Assembly (NCBI GenBank): GCA_027492035.1
Contig: JAOZFT010000001.1
Location: 43,458 to 107,457 of the forward strand
Direction of reading: 5' to 3'
Length of the DNA: 64,000 nt
From: Thermoproteota archaeon
Lineage (GTDB): Archaea > Korarchaeota > JAOZGF01 > JAOZFZ01
Both the position numbers and the translations under genes were made by a program. Under the pieces are notes generated by a model, which saw only the letters and a program-made list of their open reading frames with translations, did no database searches and was not told the origin of the DNA. Position 1 is the first letter of the stretch; the number at the start of each line of letters is the position of its first letter. Below, one piece after another: positions 9,667 to 20,004 of this stretch.

Positions 9667-10935
9667 ATGAAAATGAGCAAAGAAGAAGTCAGTGACAGGG
9701 AAATTGAAAAAGTAAGCCTTAAACTTTCTAAGAGTCTTTTTTTAGTTGCTGGTTTCTCTTCTTTTTCAGTCAGCTTATTTAACCCTTTCCTAAATTTTTA
9801 CGCTGTTTTCATTGGAGCCTCATTTACTGAACTTGGTTGGTTAACTTCTGCGAAAAACTTGTTTCTAAACGTTTTCCAACTTTTTTGGGGTTATTTAAGT
9901 GACTTAAAGGGTAAAAGAATTTTTTTGGGGGTTGGTTATTTATTTACGGGTTTATTGGTTTTAACTGTTTGTTGGGTTAACTCAAGCTTGGTCTTAATAG
10001 GTTTAGTTACACTTCTTTATTTTCTTTACTCAATGACTTTGCCTTCATGGACTTCTTTACTTGGCGATTACAGTGAAGAATCTACTAGAGGGAAAGTTTT
10101 AGGCATTGTTGGTTTTGTCTCCCAATTTGCAAGTGTAACAGCTTACTTAGTTGTTGTCACACTCACTTTCAACTCAAAGTTAAGTAATGAGTTCCTGATA
10201 AAGATACCTTTCATATTGGCGGGTTTTACGTCTTTAACAGCATCTTTTTTCGTTCTCCCATTGAAAGAAAAGAGAAACAACCAAATTAGAAAAATAGCTG
10301 AAAGTTTCACTGGAAGTTTTAAAGTGGGAAATTATAGACGTTTCCTTTACCTATCAAGCTTTAATGCTTTCTCAATGTCTCTTGTTTGGCCTATTTTTTC
10401 ATATTTAACCGTCTTATTAACAAATAATACTGTTTGGGAAATGGCTTTGATTTGGGGGGCTTGGAGCATTTCTAATTCATTAGGTCAAAGATTTCTAGGT
10501 AAACTCATTGATTTATATGGCAGGAAACCTTTTCTCATAATCAGTAAGTTTTCTTTATTCGTGGTTCCCTTAGGTTACATCCTTTCCAACCTTTCCAGTT
10601 CATGGGTTGAATTGTTTGTTGTTATGTTAACTGCTGGGGTTTTTATGTCCCTTTCAATAGTTTCAGAAACAGCTTATATTTTGGATTGTGCAGAGGAAGG
10701 AGAAAGAGCTTCCTTCACAGCAATGTTTAACTTTCTTACAGGTATTTTCTCATTTACGGGTTCAATGGTAGGAGGCTTTCTTACAGATTTGTTTAAATTC
10801 TCATTCACAACTTCAACCTCCCTTAATTTGGTGTTGCTTGTTTCTTTAGTACTAAGGGTAGTTTCAGGTCTCTCCTATAAAACTTTGAAAGAAGTACATG
10901 TTCCAATAAGGCAGCAATCCAGCTTTTCTTCGTAA
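9667..10935 (+). CDS. MFS transporter
   Basis: About 12 hydrophobic segments; motif A in both halves (GYLSDLKGKR, GKLIDLYGRK). Confidence 0.92.
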   Translation: MKMSKEEVSDREIEKVSLKLSKSLFLVAGFSSFSVSLFNPFLNFYAVFIGASFTELGWLTSAKNLFLNVFQLFWGYLSDLKGKRIFLGVGYLFTGLLVLTVCWVNSSLVLIGLVTLLYFLYSMTLPSWTSLLGDYSEESTRGKVLGIVGFVSQFASVTAYLVVVTLTFNSKLSNEFLIKIPFILAGFTSLTASFFVLPLKEKRNNQIRKIAESFTGSFKVGNYRRFLYLSSFNAFSMSLVWPIFSYLTVLLTNNTVWEMALIWGAWSISNSLGQRFLGKLIDLYGRKPFLIISKFSLFVVPLGYILSNLSSSWVELFVVMLTAGVFMSLSIVSETAYILDCAEEGERASFTAMFNFLTGIFSFTGSMVGGFLTDLFKFSFTTSTSLNLVLLVSLVLRVVSGLSYKTLKEVHVPIRQQSSFSS

Positions 10936-11052
10936 AGGGGACTTCATTTTGAACTTTAAAGTATTTCTGAACAAGGCAAGATCCCAGTTGGAAATTCAGA
11001 GAAGGTTTATTTCAGTTTTCTTCCGCAATTAGTGCAATAAATGCCATCTGGG

Positions 11053-13131
11053 TTAACAAGTGCACTGCAGAAGGGACAGTAACCCTGCTGCTTTCTTTTG
11101 AGCAGGTGGTGGGTAAGTGGAGGAAATAGGTGTTTGAGGCTTAAAACCTCTCTTACGCAAAAGATATACAGCAATAATAACAGCTACTACCCCAACTATA
11201 AGAATTAATGTGAATGAAGGTGCTTCGTAAGGGGATGGTGAAGGTGAAGCAGTAAAGGAGGGTTTTGGGCTTTGATAAGTGGGGGTTGAAGTTGGCGTGG
11301 GAAATGATGGTGGAGAGGGGGAAGGGACTGAAGGGGATGGAGTTAAAGTTGGGGTAGGAGAGGGAGTTGGTGAAGGAGATGAAACCGGTACTGCAGTTTC
11401 TGGGTAAGTGTATACTTCCGTTAACTGGTCGTTAGATGATACTTCATCATCTCCATCAACATCTTCCCATTCAACCACCAAATACTGGGCTGGTTTAGGA
11501 TTTTGGGCAAGTTTCCAAAAGTTATTCCTTAGATATTGGAGGGCTGCATCTGTACCTTGTTTAGTTATCCCCTCGATTAAAATAGAGGGGCTGTCGGATT
11601 TAACTTGAGCAGTGAATGCAATTATGCCATAATCCCTTTTTCCAACTTGGGAAGGATTTATTGAACCTCGAAATTCACCAATTTTAATTGTGTCACTTGT
11701 TAGGGTGATATTAAATATTTTGTTCAGTTTTGCTGTGGCAGGGTTATTTGAGGGGTTACCGATCACGTAACTATTAGGTTCCGGTTTATCCGTATATTTA
11801 ACAGTTCCCTTAATTTTGTTTGCGAAGTCTAAAGCTTGTTTTTTGTTTGGGGAATTTACACCTATGATTATCGTGGGTTGTGGTTTAAGGTTTCCTAATG
11901 ATTTAGAGTCAACAGAGTGCCATTTATTCAATGTTTTTTCTGCCTCGCTTAAGCATTCACTCCATTTACCGTTCAGGTAAAGGTTTTCAACTGAGGAAAC
12001 AGCGCTTGAAACCCAGTTCAAATTCAACTTATTACTTCTTTCCTTAAGTAAGTCTAGAGCTGAAAGAGCTTCACCTCTTTCAGGGTCTATTTTACTAAGC
12101 ATTTCTTTCCAGTTTGAAGATGATAAGGCAAGATTCCTTAATTCATCAAAGGCTTGGTAAATGTCAAACCCCTTTTCCTGTCTCAGTTCTTCATAGATTT
12201 CGTAGATGGTTTTTTGCGGAGGAGCCTCTAAAATAAGTTTCCAAAAGGTTTGAAGGATGCCTCTACCATATTTCTTGTCAATATAGTAAAGGAGGGTGTA
12301 ACCGACAGAGTAAATGTCTAAAGCTGCGCCTTTGTAGTAAAAGTTGTGAAGGTAATGTTTGGGATATGTCTCAAACCAGTACTGTGAATTGTAGTCTACA
12401 TTTATTGTTTCACCACTTGCTTTCTTGTAGTAAGAGTTGGGGTTTCGGAACATTTGGTAAGCCAGTTTAAAGTGTTCTTCTTCAGGGTTGATGCCGCATT
12501 TAACTTGTACCTCATCATCCTGAAAGAAAAGGTCGCATCTTATCGCTTTCTCAAATTGATTTGTTTCCCTTAAAAGGTTTAGTGAGACATACTCCGCAGA
12601 GGCTTCATCAACCCATAAACCAGTCCAGAAATTCTGCTGACTCCAAAGGGTAGTATCATAAAAATAGGAGTGAACTGCTTCATGAAGAACAGTTTGCTGA
12701 TGATCAAGGAAAAGTTCATAGTTATGTAAAACGATGTTTTTCTCTGCGGAGCGGATAGTATAAGCACCGCCTACAAGCCAATAAGTGCCAATTGATTCGA
12801 AAACAACCTGAACTTCACCTCTGTACCTAGGAGGAGTACCGATAAAGTCTTTCATGTAAGGAAACAATTGATTCAAGAAATTAGTGTAGTTTTCGCCTTG
12901 AGCCCGCATATTCACAGGAAAGTGTAGATATGGTTCAAGTTCAGGATGATATTTCTTAATCCATTCCCTACATGCAACAATAGACGAGGCAGTTTGAGGG
13001 AATTTATTAACAAAGATGATTTCAGGATTTTGGGCATGTATTGAGGGAACAGGAGTAATTAACAGGATCAACAATATTGTAAATGTATAGGGAAAAATTT
13101 TTCTTCTTTCCATTTTTTTTCCATCTTTCAA
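11053..13131 (-). CDS. secreted, membrane-anchored zinc metallopeptidase (gluzincin-like) with Pro/Ser/Thr linker; C-terminal zinc ribbon out of frame
   Basis: Signal peptide; HEAVH plus downstream DEASAEY; PST linker; one C-terminal TM helix followed by RKR; +1-frame CPFC...CTNCG tail ending at 11007. Confidence 0.8.
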   Translation of the reverse strand: MKDGKKMERRKIFPYTFTILLILLITPVPSIHAQNPEIIFVNKFPQTASSIVACREWIKKYHPELEPYLHFPVNMRAQGENYTNFLNQLFPYMKDFIGTPPRYRGEVQVVFESIGTYWLVGGAYTIRSAEKNIVLHNYELFLDHQQTVLHEAVHSYFYDTTLWSQQNFWTGLWVDEASAEYVSLNLLRETNQFEKAIRCDLFFQDDEVQVKCGINPEEEHFKLAYQMFRNPNSYYKKASGETINVDYNSQYWFETYPKHYLHNFYYKGAALDIYSVGYTLLYYIDKKYGRGILQTFWKLILEAPPQKTIYEIYEELRQEKGFDIYQAFDELRNLALSSSNWKEMLSKIDPERGEALSALDLLKERSNKLNLNWVSSAVSSVENLYLNGKWSECLSEAEKTLNKWHSVDSKSLGNLKPQPTIIIGVNSPNKKQALDFANKIKGTVKYTDKPEPNSYVIGNPSNNPATAKLNKIFNITLTSDTIKIGEFRGSINPSQVGKRDYGIIAFTAQVKSDSPSILIEGITKQGTDAALQYLRNNFWKLAQNPKPAQYLVVEWEDVDGDDEVSSNDQLTEVYTYPETAVPVSSPSPTPSPTPTLTPSPSVPSPSPPSFPTPTSTPTYQSPKPSFTASPSPSPYEAPSFTLILIVGVVAVIIAVYLLRKRGFKPQTPISSTYPPPAQKKAAGLLSLLQCTC
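11215..11400 (-). repeat. low-complexity Pro/Ser/Thr linker coding region
   Basis: SSPSPTPSPTPTLTPSPSVPSPSPPSFPTPTSTPT, typical glycosylated stalk of archaeal surface proteins. Confidence 0.8.
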
Positions 13132-13277
13132 AACAAGTACATAGACTGCAAAAATTTAGGGAAGATTTTGTAATTTTTAAACTTTTTGTTAAAAATTTTT
13201 CTTGAAATTGTAAATGAAGTTGAGGTTTAAATAATGGAAAGGCTAGTTTTTAAAACATGAAATATAAAGGTGAAAGT

Positions 13278-13300
13278 ATGTTACAGTTCCCCTATAACAT
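13278..13300. promoter_or_regulatory. inverted repeat, candidate operator
   Basis: ATGTTACAG-N5-CTATAACAT (8/9 dyad match) between the cdc6 3' end and the protease gene start. Confidence 0.35.
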
Positions 13301-13412
13301 CCTCTCGTTTTTCCTTTAAAAATACGTTTTGTACAGGTTGAATTTATTCCCTTTTTTACTCCTTCCCAAATAAGAAACTGCCTCCTCAAAAAAAACCTTT
13401 TTTTAGAGTTTT

Positions 13413-14591
13413 TCAAATAACGGTTTCCATCACTTTGTTTATTTTCATGATTAACCCGTTAAGGAAAGCGTTTAGCTCTGCTGTTTCAACTCCACTTACC
13501 CCTATTTTTGTTAATCCCTTGATTTCTATTAATCCCTTATCGGCTAGGTTTTGAAGTTGTTCATCTATCTCTTTCCTTTTCCTTTGTTTTAATTCTTCAC
13601 AAACAACTTTGTAAACTTCCTTTATTTTATTGTAGGGTACATAAGGTTCTTCTTTCCGTTGCAGTGCACGGGCTACACTTAAAAGAACAACTTTTTCTTG
13701 GAAAGGTAGATTTAATATTTCGTCTGTGGTGATTAAGTAGGATTTTTCTTTGAAAACGCTCCTAACGTGTTCGGGCATTATTTTCCTAAAACCTTGCGCT
13801 TCAGCCAGTGTCCCTGCATAGAGTAAAAGATCTAAAGCTGCCCTTGCGTCACCATTTATTGGAGGTTTAGAACAGAGGTCTGAAATAAATTCAACAAGGT
13901 CTTCACTCACCACTCCAGGTTTGAAAGATTCGTTAACTCGAAGCAATAAGATGTCTTTCAGCTGTTTGTGATTGTATGATTGAAATCTTATGTAGTTCCT
14001 TCCTAGAGTGCTTAATTCAGCTGGTTCAAGTTTTTCATGAAACTTCTTAGACCTAGCAATGAATATTTCTCCTAGGAAGTTTAAAGGTTCACCTGGGCTT
14101 AATTCGCTGAGCCTGGTCAACTCATAAACTAATTTTTCCCTGCTATAATTTACGAAGTAGTCTATCTCATCAAAAACAGCTATTAAGTAGGTTTTTTTCT
14201 TTTTTAAATAATTTATTAATTCATTAAGCATTTCAAGAGCACTTAAGTTTTGAGAAAAAATTTCAGGTGCTGCCTTTAAAACCATTGTGCGGTAAAGAAC
14301 TACTTTGCTTGTACCCAGCAGCCTTAAATTCAAATAAACTGACTTAATCCTTAATTTTTTCTTTAAAGCTTCTTTTTCAAATTCTTTAGTGAAAAGGATA
14401 GCTGTACATGTTTTCCCTGAACCTGTTACGCCGATTAATTGAGCTATTTTCAAAAATTTTTCAGAGGGTTTTTCCAATGAATCAAAAAACAAAAGTTTAA
14501 GCTGATTTAACTGCTTCCCTCTATGGGGGAGAGAGTTAGGTATGTAAGTGGGTAGGAGTTTATTTTTATCTTTAAAAATTAGACTTCGCAA
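13413..14591 (-). CDS. cdc6: Orc1/Cdc6 family AAA+ replication initiator
   Basis: LPHRGKQ, Walker A GVTGSGKT, Walker B VFDEID, sensor GDARAALDLL, C-terminal wHTH. Confidence 0.92.
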   Translation of the reverse strand: MRSLIFKDKNKLLPTYIPNSLPHRGKQLNQLKLLFFDSLEKPSEKFLKIAQLIGVTGSGKTCTAILFTKEFEKEALKKKLRIKSVYLNLRLLGTSKVVLYRTMVLKAAPEIFSQNLSALEMLNELINYLKKKKTYLIAVFDEIDYFVNYSREKLVYELTRLSELSPGEPLNFLGEIFIARSKKFHEKLEPAELSTLGRNYIRFQSYNHKQLKDILLLRVNESFKPGVVSEDLVEFISDLCSKPPINGDARAALDLLLYAGTLAEAQGFRKIMPEHVRSVFKEKSYLITTDEILNLPFQEKVVLLSVARALQRKEEPYVPYNKIKEVYKVVCEELKQRKRKEIDEQLQNLADKGLIEIKGLTKIGVSGVETAELNAFLNGLIMKINKVMETVI

Positions 14592-14638
14592 GGAAAACCT
14601 CTCAACACATTAAAAGGTCTTTCTTCATAGAAATCTTC

Positions 14639-15151
14639 TTAAGTAAAAGATTGAGAAATTTTAATCAATACATCATCTTGGTTGACGAATGCACCTTCCC
14701 TCACCATTACTTCGGTAATCACTCCCTCAACCGGGGAACGAATTTCATTTTCCATTTTCATTGATTCAATAATCAAAAGCAGTTCACCCCGAGCTACTTT
14801 TCCTCTATTCTTCACTTTTAAAGAAACAACTTTACCAGCCATTGGAGCCTTAACAATCACTTCCCCCTTTTCTCCCCTCTTCCCAATCTTTAATTCCTTA
14901 ACTGAAACAAGATGTTTAACCCCGTACTCTTCTACTAAATACACTCCTTCCTCTATTTCTTTAACGTTTACATAAAAGGGTTTGTTCTTTTGAGCAGTCT
15001 TAACTTGGACGTAGTTTCTGTTTTGCGGAGAAATTTGAAACCTTTCTTCTTTTTCGTTAATTACCAGCTTCACCGAATCTTCTAGGCTTAAATTTTCCTT
15101 TTTCACCCTGAACTTTTTCCCATCCACTGTGACTTCGAATTCCTTAACCAT
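14639..15151 (-). CDS. accB: biotin carboxyl carrier protein
   Basis: APMAGKV...ESMKMENEI biotinylation motif; GGTGA RBS. Confidence 0.92.
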   Translation of the reverse strand: MVKEFEVTVDGKKFRVKKENLSLEDSVKLVINEKEERFQISPQNRNYVQVKTAQKNKPFYVNVKEIEEGVYLVEEYGVKHLVSVKELKIGKRGEKGEVIVKAPMAGKVVSLKVKNRGKVARGELLLIIESMKMENEIRSPVEGVITEVMVREGAFVNQDDVLIKISQSFT

Positions 15152-16686
15152 TTAATCACCGAAAAGTGTTGATTAGCGTTAATTAATTCCCTCCTTCCCT
15201 GAATCAACCATCCATTGGAAGCCTTCGTTTCTCCTATCAAGTATTCGGTTTTAGTTTTTCTACCTGTTCTTAAATGGTAGTTTAGTGCTGCCGCTATTAA
15301 TGGGGAGCATTCGTCAATTCTTTTTTTAAAGAGGCTGCTTTTGTTTTCGTTTATGAATTGAGTATGGGTTTCTCCCTTGATAAATTTTTTATTTCTGACT
15401 AGGTTTCTAAAGAAAGGAATATTGGTTTTGACACCCGTGATTTCGAATTCTTCCAAGGCGTTACGCATTCTTTTAATTGTTTCCTCCCTGTTTCTTCCCC
15501 AAGTGATCAATTTAACTAATAAAGCGTCATAAAATGGAGAAACTGTGAAGCCTGGGTAAACTGCACTCTCAATTCTCAACCATCCCCCGCATGGAAACCT
15601 TAAACTTTCAATTTTTCCAGATGAAGGAGCAAAATCCCTTTCAGGATCTTCGGCGTAGATTCTGCATTCCATAGCATGCCCATTTAGTATCAATTTTTCT
15701 TGTTTTAAGTTTATTTCCTCTCCATAAGCTATTTTTATTTGTTCCTTAACTATATCTACGCCTGTAACCATTTCAGTGATAGGGTGTTCAACTTGTATAC
15801 GGGTATTTGCTTCTAAAAAATAGAAGCTGCCCTCTTCATCTCTTAAAAACTCTATCGTGCAGACGTTATCATAATTTGCCTCTTTAACAAGTTTCACAGC
15901 ATCTGAACAGATTTTTCTCCTCACTTCATCATCAACAACTGGTGAGGGGGTTTCCTCCAATAGTTTCTGATGCCTTCTTTGAATAGAACACTCCCTTTCA
16001 AACAAATGAATAACGTTACCGTGTTTATCGCTTAAAATCTGAACTTCGACGTGTCTGGGCCTACTTAGTTTTTTTTCAAGGTATAAGGTGGAGTTTCCAA
16101 AGGCTTTCAAAGCTTCCATTTTAGCTGATTCAAAAACATTAGCCAGTTCCCTTTTGTTTTTAATTAACCTCATACCTCTCCCGCCTCCTCCTCCTGAAGC
16201 TTTAAGGAGCACTGGATACCCTATTTTATCTGCCTCCTCCACTGCCTCGCTTAATTCCTTCACTGGTTTAAGGCTTCCAGGAATAATTGACCCCCCAATT
16301 TTTTCCATCATTTGTCTGGCGTTTATTTTATCCCCTAACTTTTCTAAGGCTTCAGGGTTTGAACCAATAAACGTTATCCCTTCTTCTTCACATCTTTTTG
16401 CAAAGAAGGCGTTTTCAGCCAAGAAGCCGTAACCGGGGTGAATAGCTTCTGAACCTGTCTCTTTACAAACTTTAATTATTTTTTCAATGTTGAGGTAGCT
16501 TTCGCTGGGTTTAGCTTCCCCAATTAAGTACGCTTCATCTGCAAATTTCACATGTAGAGAGTTCAGGTCCACTGTAGAGTAAATGGCAACTGTTTTTATT
16601 CCTAATTCTTTACAGGCTCTAATCACTCTTAGAGCTATTTCCCCTCTATTAGCAACTAAAACTTTCTTAAACAAGGAGCAACACAC
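15103..16686 (-). CDS. accC: biotin carboxylase
   Basis: ANRGEIA, HPGYGFLAEN, GGGGRG, RECSIQRRHQK and NTRIQVEH motifs. Confidence 0.96.
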   Translation of the reverse strand: MCCSLFKKVLVANRGEIALRVIRACKELGIKTVAIYSTVDLNSLHVKFADEAYLIGEAKPSESYLNIEKIIKVCKETGSEAIHPGYGFLAENAFFAKRCEEEGITFIGSNPEALEKLGDKINARQMMEKIGGSIIPGSLKPVKELSEAVEEADKIGYPVLLKASGGGGGRGMRLIKNKRELANVFESAKMEALKAFGNSTLYLEKKLSRPRHVEVQILSDKHGNVIHLFERECSIQRRHQKLLEETPSPVVDDEVRRKICSDAVKLVKEANYDNVCTIEFLRDEEGSFYFLEANTRIQVEHPITEMVTGVDIVKEQIKIAYGEEINLKQEKLILNGHAMECRIYAEDPERDFAPSSGKIESLRFPCGGWLRIESAVYPGFTVSPFYDALLVKLITWGRNREETIKRMRNALEEFEITGVKTNIPFFRNLVRNKKFIKGETHTQFINENKSSLFKKRIDECSPLIAAALNYHLRTGRKTKTEYLIGETKASNGWLIQGRRELINANQHFSVIKWLRNSKSQWMGKSSG

Positions 16687-16697
16687 CTTGAAACAGT

Positions 16698-18245
16698 TTA
16701 AAGGGGAATATTACAGTGTTTTTTAGGGGGCCTTCTCTCCCTTTTATTCCTTAAAATTTCGAGGAATTTGATCAAAGCAGGCCTTGTTTCAGCTGGGTCT
16801 ATTACGTCATCAATATACCCTAACCTGGCTGCCACGTAAGGGTTAGCGAATTCTTTCCTGTACTCTGAAAGAAGTTTCTCCCTGTATGTTTCAGGGTCAG
16901 AAGCTTTAGCTAATTCTTTTCTGAAAATAATGTTTATAGCTCCACTTGGACCCATTACTGCTATTTCTGCACTTGGCCAAGCCAGGTTAATATCTGCACC
17001 TACATGTTTACTGTTTAAGACATCGTAAGCTCCGCCATATGCCTTTCTCACAATAACAGTCATTCGAGGCACTGTTGCTTCGCAGAAAGCAAATAAAAGC
17101 TTTGAACCATGTTTAATTATTCCTCCATGTTCCTGCGCCGTACCTGGAAGGAAACCTGGAACATCAACAAACACAATGAGAGGGATATTAAATGCGTCAC
17201 AGAACCTTACAAACCTAGCTCCCTTTATTGAAGCATTTATGTCCAATGCACCAGCCAGGTGGTTAGGTTGATTTGCAACTATCCCTACAGAGTAACCGTT
17301 TAACCGAGCAAACCCTGTAATTATGTTTTTAGCCCAGTGTTTATGAACTTCCAAAAACTTGCCTTCATCAATTACCCTCCTAATTATTTCTTTCATGTCA
17401 TAAGGTTTATAAGGGTCTTCAGGCACAATCACTCTTAATTCTTCGTCTCTTCTAGCAGGGTTATCTTTAGGTTTAGCCCTTGGCGGGTCTTCCATGTTGT
17501 TGTTGGGAATGTAACTTAGTAACTCCCTCACTATTCTAAAAGCCTCTTCTTCATTTTCGGCCAAGAAATGGGCAACACCACTTTTCACATTATGAACTTC
17601 AGCTCCCCCTAATTCTTCAAAAGTTATTTCTTCACCTGTTACTGCTTTAATAACGTTAGGGCCTGTTATAAACATATAACTTGTTCCTTTCACCATTATG
17701 ATGAAATCTGTAAGTGCAGGTGAATAAACAGCTCCACCGGCACATGGTCCAAGCACAACAGATATTTGAGGAATAACCCCGGAAGCCAAGGTATTCCTGA
17801 AGAAAATATAAGCATAACCAGCTAAACTTAAAACCCCCTCCTGTATCCTCGCACCCCCTGAATCATTTAGACCAATAAAGGGTGCACCCACCTTCATAGC
17901 TAAATCCATAACTTTACAGATTTTCTTAGCATGCATTTCACCCAGTGACCCACCGAAAACGGTGAAGTCTTGGGAAAAAAGAAAAACAAGTCTTCCACTT
18001 ATTTTACCGTAACCTGTAACTACACCGTCTCCAAAAATTTTCTTCTCTCCCATCCCAAATTCTGATATTCTGTGCGTAACGAAAGGGTCAATCTCTGTAA
18101 ATGTCCCTTCATCAACTAAAAGGTTTATTCTTTCACGTGCAGTTAACTTCCCCCTTTTATGTTGCTCTTCAATTTTCTTTTTCCCTCCTCCAAGTTTTGC
18201 CTTCTCTTTCAGCTGTTTTAATTCTTCAATTTTGTCCTTTTCCAT
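16698..18245 (-). CDS. pccB: acyl-CoA carboxylase carboxyltransferase (PccB/MmdA-like)
   Basis: [29 protein letters not shown] and RKAYGGAY motifs; start set at MEKDK after a GAGGGG RBS. Confidence 0.93.
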   Translation of the reverse strand: MEKDKIEELKQLKEKAKLGGGKKKIEEQHKRGKLTARERINLLVDEGTFTEIDPFVTHRISEFGMGEKKIFGDGVVTGYGKISGRLVFLFSQDFTVFGGSLGEMHAKKICKVMDLAMKVGAPFIGLNDSGGARIQEGVLSLAGYAYIFFRNTLASGVIPQISVVLGPCAGGAVYSPALTDFIIMVKGTSYMFITGPNVIKAVTGEEITFEELGGAEVHNVKSGVAHFLAENEEEAFRIVRELLSYIPNNNMEDPPRAKPKDNPARRDEELRVIVPEDPYKPYDMKEIIRRVIDEGKFLEVHKHWAKNIITGFARLNGYSVGIVANQPNHLAGALDINASIKGARFVRFCDAFNIPLIVFVDVPGFLPGTAQEHGGIIKHGSKLLFAFCEATVPRMTVIVRKAYGGAYDVLNSKHVGADINLAWPSAEIAVMGPSGAINIIFRKELAKASDPETYREKLLSEYRKEFANPYVAARLGYIDDVIDPAETRPALIKFLEILRNKRERRPPKKHCNIPL

Positions 18246-19038
18246 TAACAATCGACCCCTCAAATACTTCAACAACTTCTCCATTCAATTTTTTAATCAA
18301 TAAACCACCTTTTGGACTTAAAGTTAAAGCTAAGCCTTCAATTACTTCCCTGTTACGAATTTTTACTTTTCTCCCAAAGACAGGAGAGAGTTCTCTATAA
18401 AGCTTTAATAATTTATCCTTCCCCCCCTTTTCTAGACTAAAGTAAAGAGAATCGATCTTTTCTAAGAGTTTTTTACATAGATTAAAAAAATCAATTTCGT
18501 GTTTTAATTCACTATAAAGAGTTGTTGCGGTTTTTCTTAAAATATGAGGGAAAGACTCGACAGGAAAGTTTATGTTTAAACCTATTCCTCCAATTGCAGC
18601 TTCCAAAATGTTTCCTGAGAATTTATTTTCAACTAGGACACCACAAACCTTCTTTTCTTCAATTAGGACGTCATTAGGCCATTTAATGGCTGTTTTTACG
18701 CCTAAAAACTCCTTTAAAACCAGGGATACAGCAATGCAAAGTAGATATTGGATAAAGTAAATTGTTTCAGGGTTACGGGGGGAGAAGATAATGGAAAGCC
18801 ATAACCCCCCCTTCGGAGAAAAAAAATTTTTTCCTTTCCTCCCCCTCCCTTGGGTTTGAGTATCAGCCAAAACAACTAGCCCCTCCTTAAACCCTTTCTT
18901 TAATAGAAAGTAGGCCACGTCATTGGTTGAAGAAACTTTTTCAAACCAAAAAATATTTGACCCTACAAATTTTGTTTTCAACAATTTTTTCAACTTACTT
19001 CCTCTAACAAAGGCTTCATTAAATGAAGGCTTAAACAT
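18226..19038 (-). CDS. birA: biotin-protein ligase (no N-terminal HTH)
   Basis: [19 protein letters not shown] and KKVCGVL motifs. Confidence 0.95.
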   Translation of the reverse strand: MFKPSFNEAFVRGSKLKKLLKTKFVGSNIFWFEKVSSTNDVAYFLLKKGFKEGLVVLADTQTQGRGRKGKNFFSPKGGLWLSIIFSPRNPETIYFIQYLLCIAVSLVLKEFLGVKTAIKWPNDVLIEEKKVCGVLVENKFSGNILEAAIGGIGLNINFPVESFPHILRKTATTLYSELKHEIDFFNLCKKLLEKIDSLYFSLEKGGKDKLLKLYRELSPVFGRKVKIRNREVIEGLALTLSPKGGLLIKKLNGEVVEVFEGSIVNGKGQN

Positions 19039-19083
19039 TCCTAATTAAACCCTCCAAAAGTGAAATTACTTGATAAAATTGGT

Positions 19084-19881
19084 TTAAGAGAAGAATATAA
19101 GTGGAATGAATAAAATCAGCCAAAACAAAGTAGGTAATGGGAGGCCAGGCATTACTCCTTTCTTTTCAGCTTCTTTCCTTAAAAGAGCAAGCCCTACATA
19201 AAAAGATATTAACGGAAGCGGAGCGAGTGGAAGCTGCAGATATCTAAATGGAAGGGAAGCCATTAAAGAGTACGAAATAATGTCACCCATCCCTATTTGA
19301 ACCTCACCTAGATTTACAAGGAACAAATTAAGATACCCCCTTTCACTCCTCTCGGATTCCTCACCCAATTTTCCTGCACTTAAAAACTTCTTTAATGGAC
19401 CTTTATAGACAGACCACAAATCATAAACAGCAAGTAAAACAACGAAGATTAAGGGAAAGAAGCTGCCGAAAGTTATAATTAAAGCCGCTGAAAAACCTCC
19501 CCCACAAATTATTTTCAAAAGATTAGAATAGAAACCTTTAACCATCAAGAAAGTAATAAAAGCAGCCGCTGAAAACATAGGAAGGAGAAGATTTAAGGAA
19601 AAAACTATATCGCTGTAGATTAGAAGGGAGAGGGTAGCGAAATTCATAAAGAAGAGACCGAGCACCCCCATTGCTTTTATTAGAAGTGCCAGTTTCCACT
19701 TTGCAAGAAAAAGAATTAAATAAGTGACTAAGGTTATTCCAATGATTAAGGTAATGGAGTAAGAAAAGGATTCAGTTGTAGATAAAGGCAGAATGTATTC
19801 TTCTCTGTATCTTAACAGGGAAAAAATGGAGACAAGCTGCGAAATAGCTATTAAAAAGGATTCTTTCAAGAAATTTTTCAA
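19084..19881 (-). CDS. presenilin-like GxGD intramembrane aspartyl protease (peptidase A22)
   Basis: Multi-TM; LAVYDLWSVY, IGMGD and MPGLP motifs; TTG start after GGAAGGTG (ORF is open to 19911). Confidence 0.85.
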   Translation of the reverse strand: MKNFLKESFLIAISQLVSIFSLLRYREEYILPLSTTESFSYSITLIIGITLVTYLILFLAKWKLALLIKAMGVLGLFFMNFATLSLLIYSDIVFSLNLLLPMFSAAAFITFLMVKGFYSNLLKIICGGGFSAALIITFGSFFPLIFVVLLAVYDLWSVYKGPLKKFLSAGKLGEESERSERGYLNLFLVNLGEVQIGMGDIISYSLMASLPFRYLQLPLAPLPLISFYVGLALLRKEAEKKGVMPGLPLPTLFWLILFIPLIFFS

Positions 19882-20004
19882 AGAAAAACACCTTCCAATA
19901 TTTCTCACCAACTTTTTAAAGTTAACTTGTGGAAAAGGGAAAAAGTTTGGGAAGAAAGTTGAAGAGAGACTATTTTCACGAAAATAATTTCACACATATA
20001 ATTT

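Noticed and set aside
10981-11005. ORB-like TCCCAGTTGGAAATTCAGAGAAGG
   Set aside because: Single imperfect copy with no G-string or flanking unwinding element, in a short gap between convergent genes
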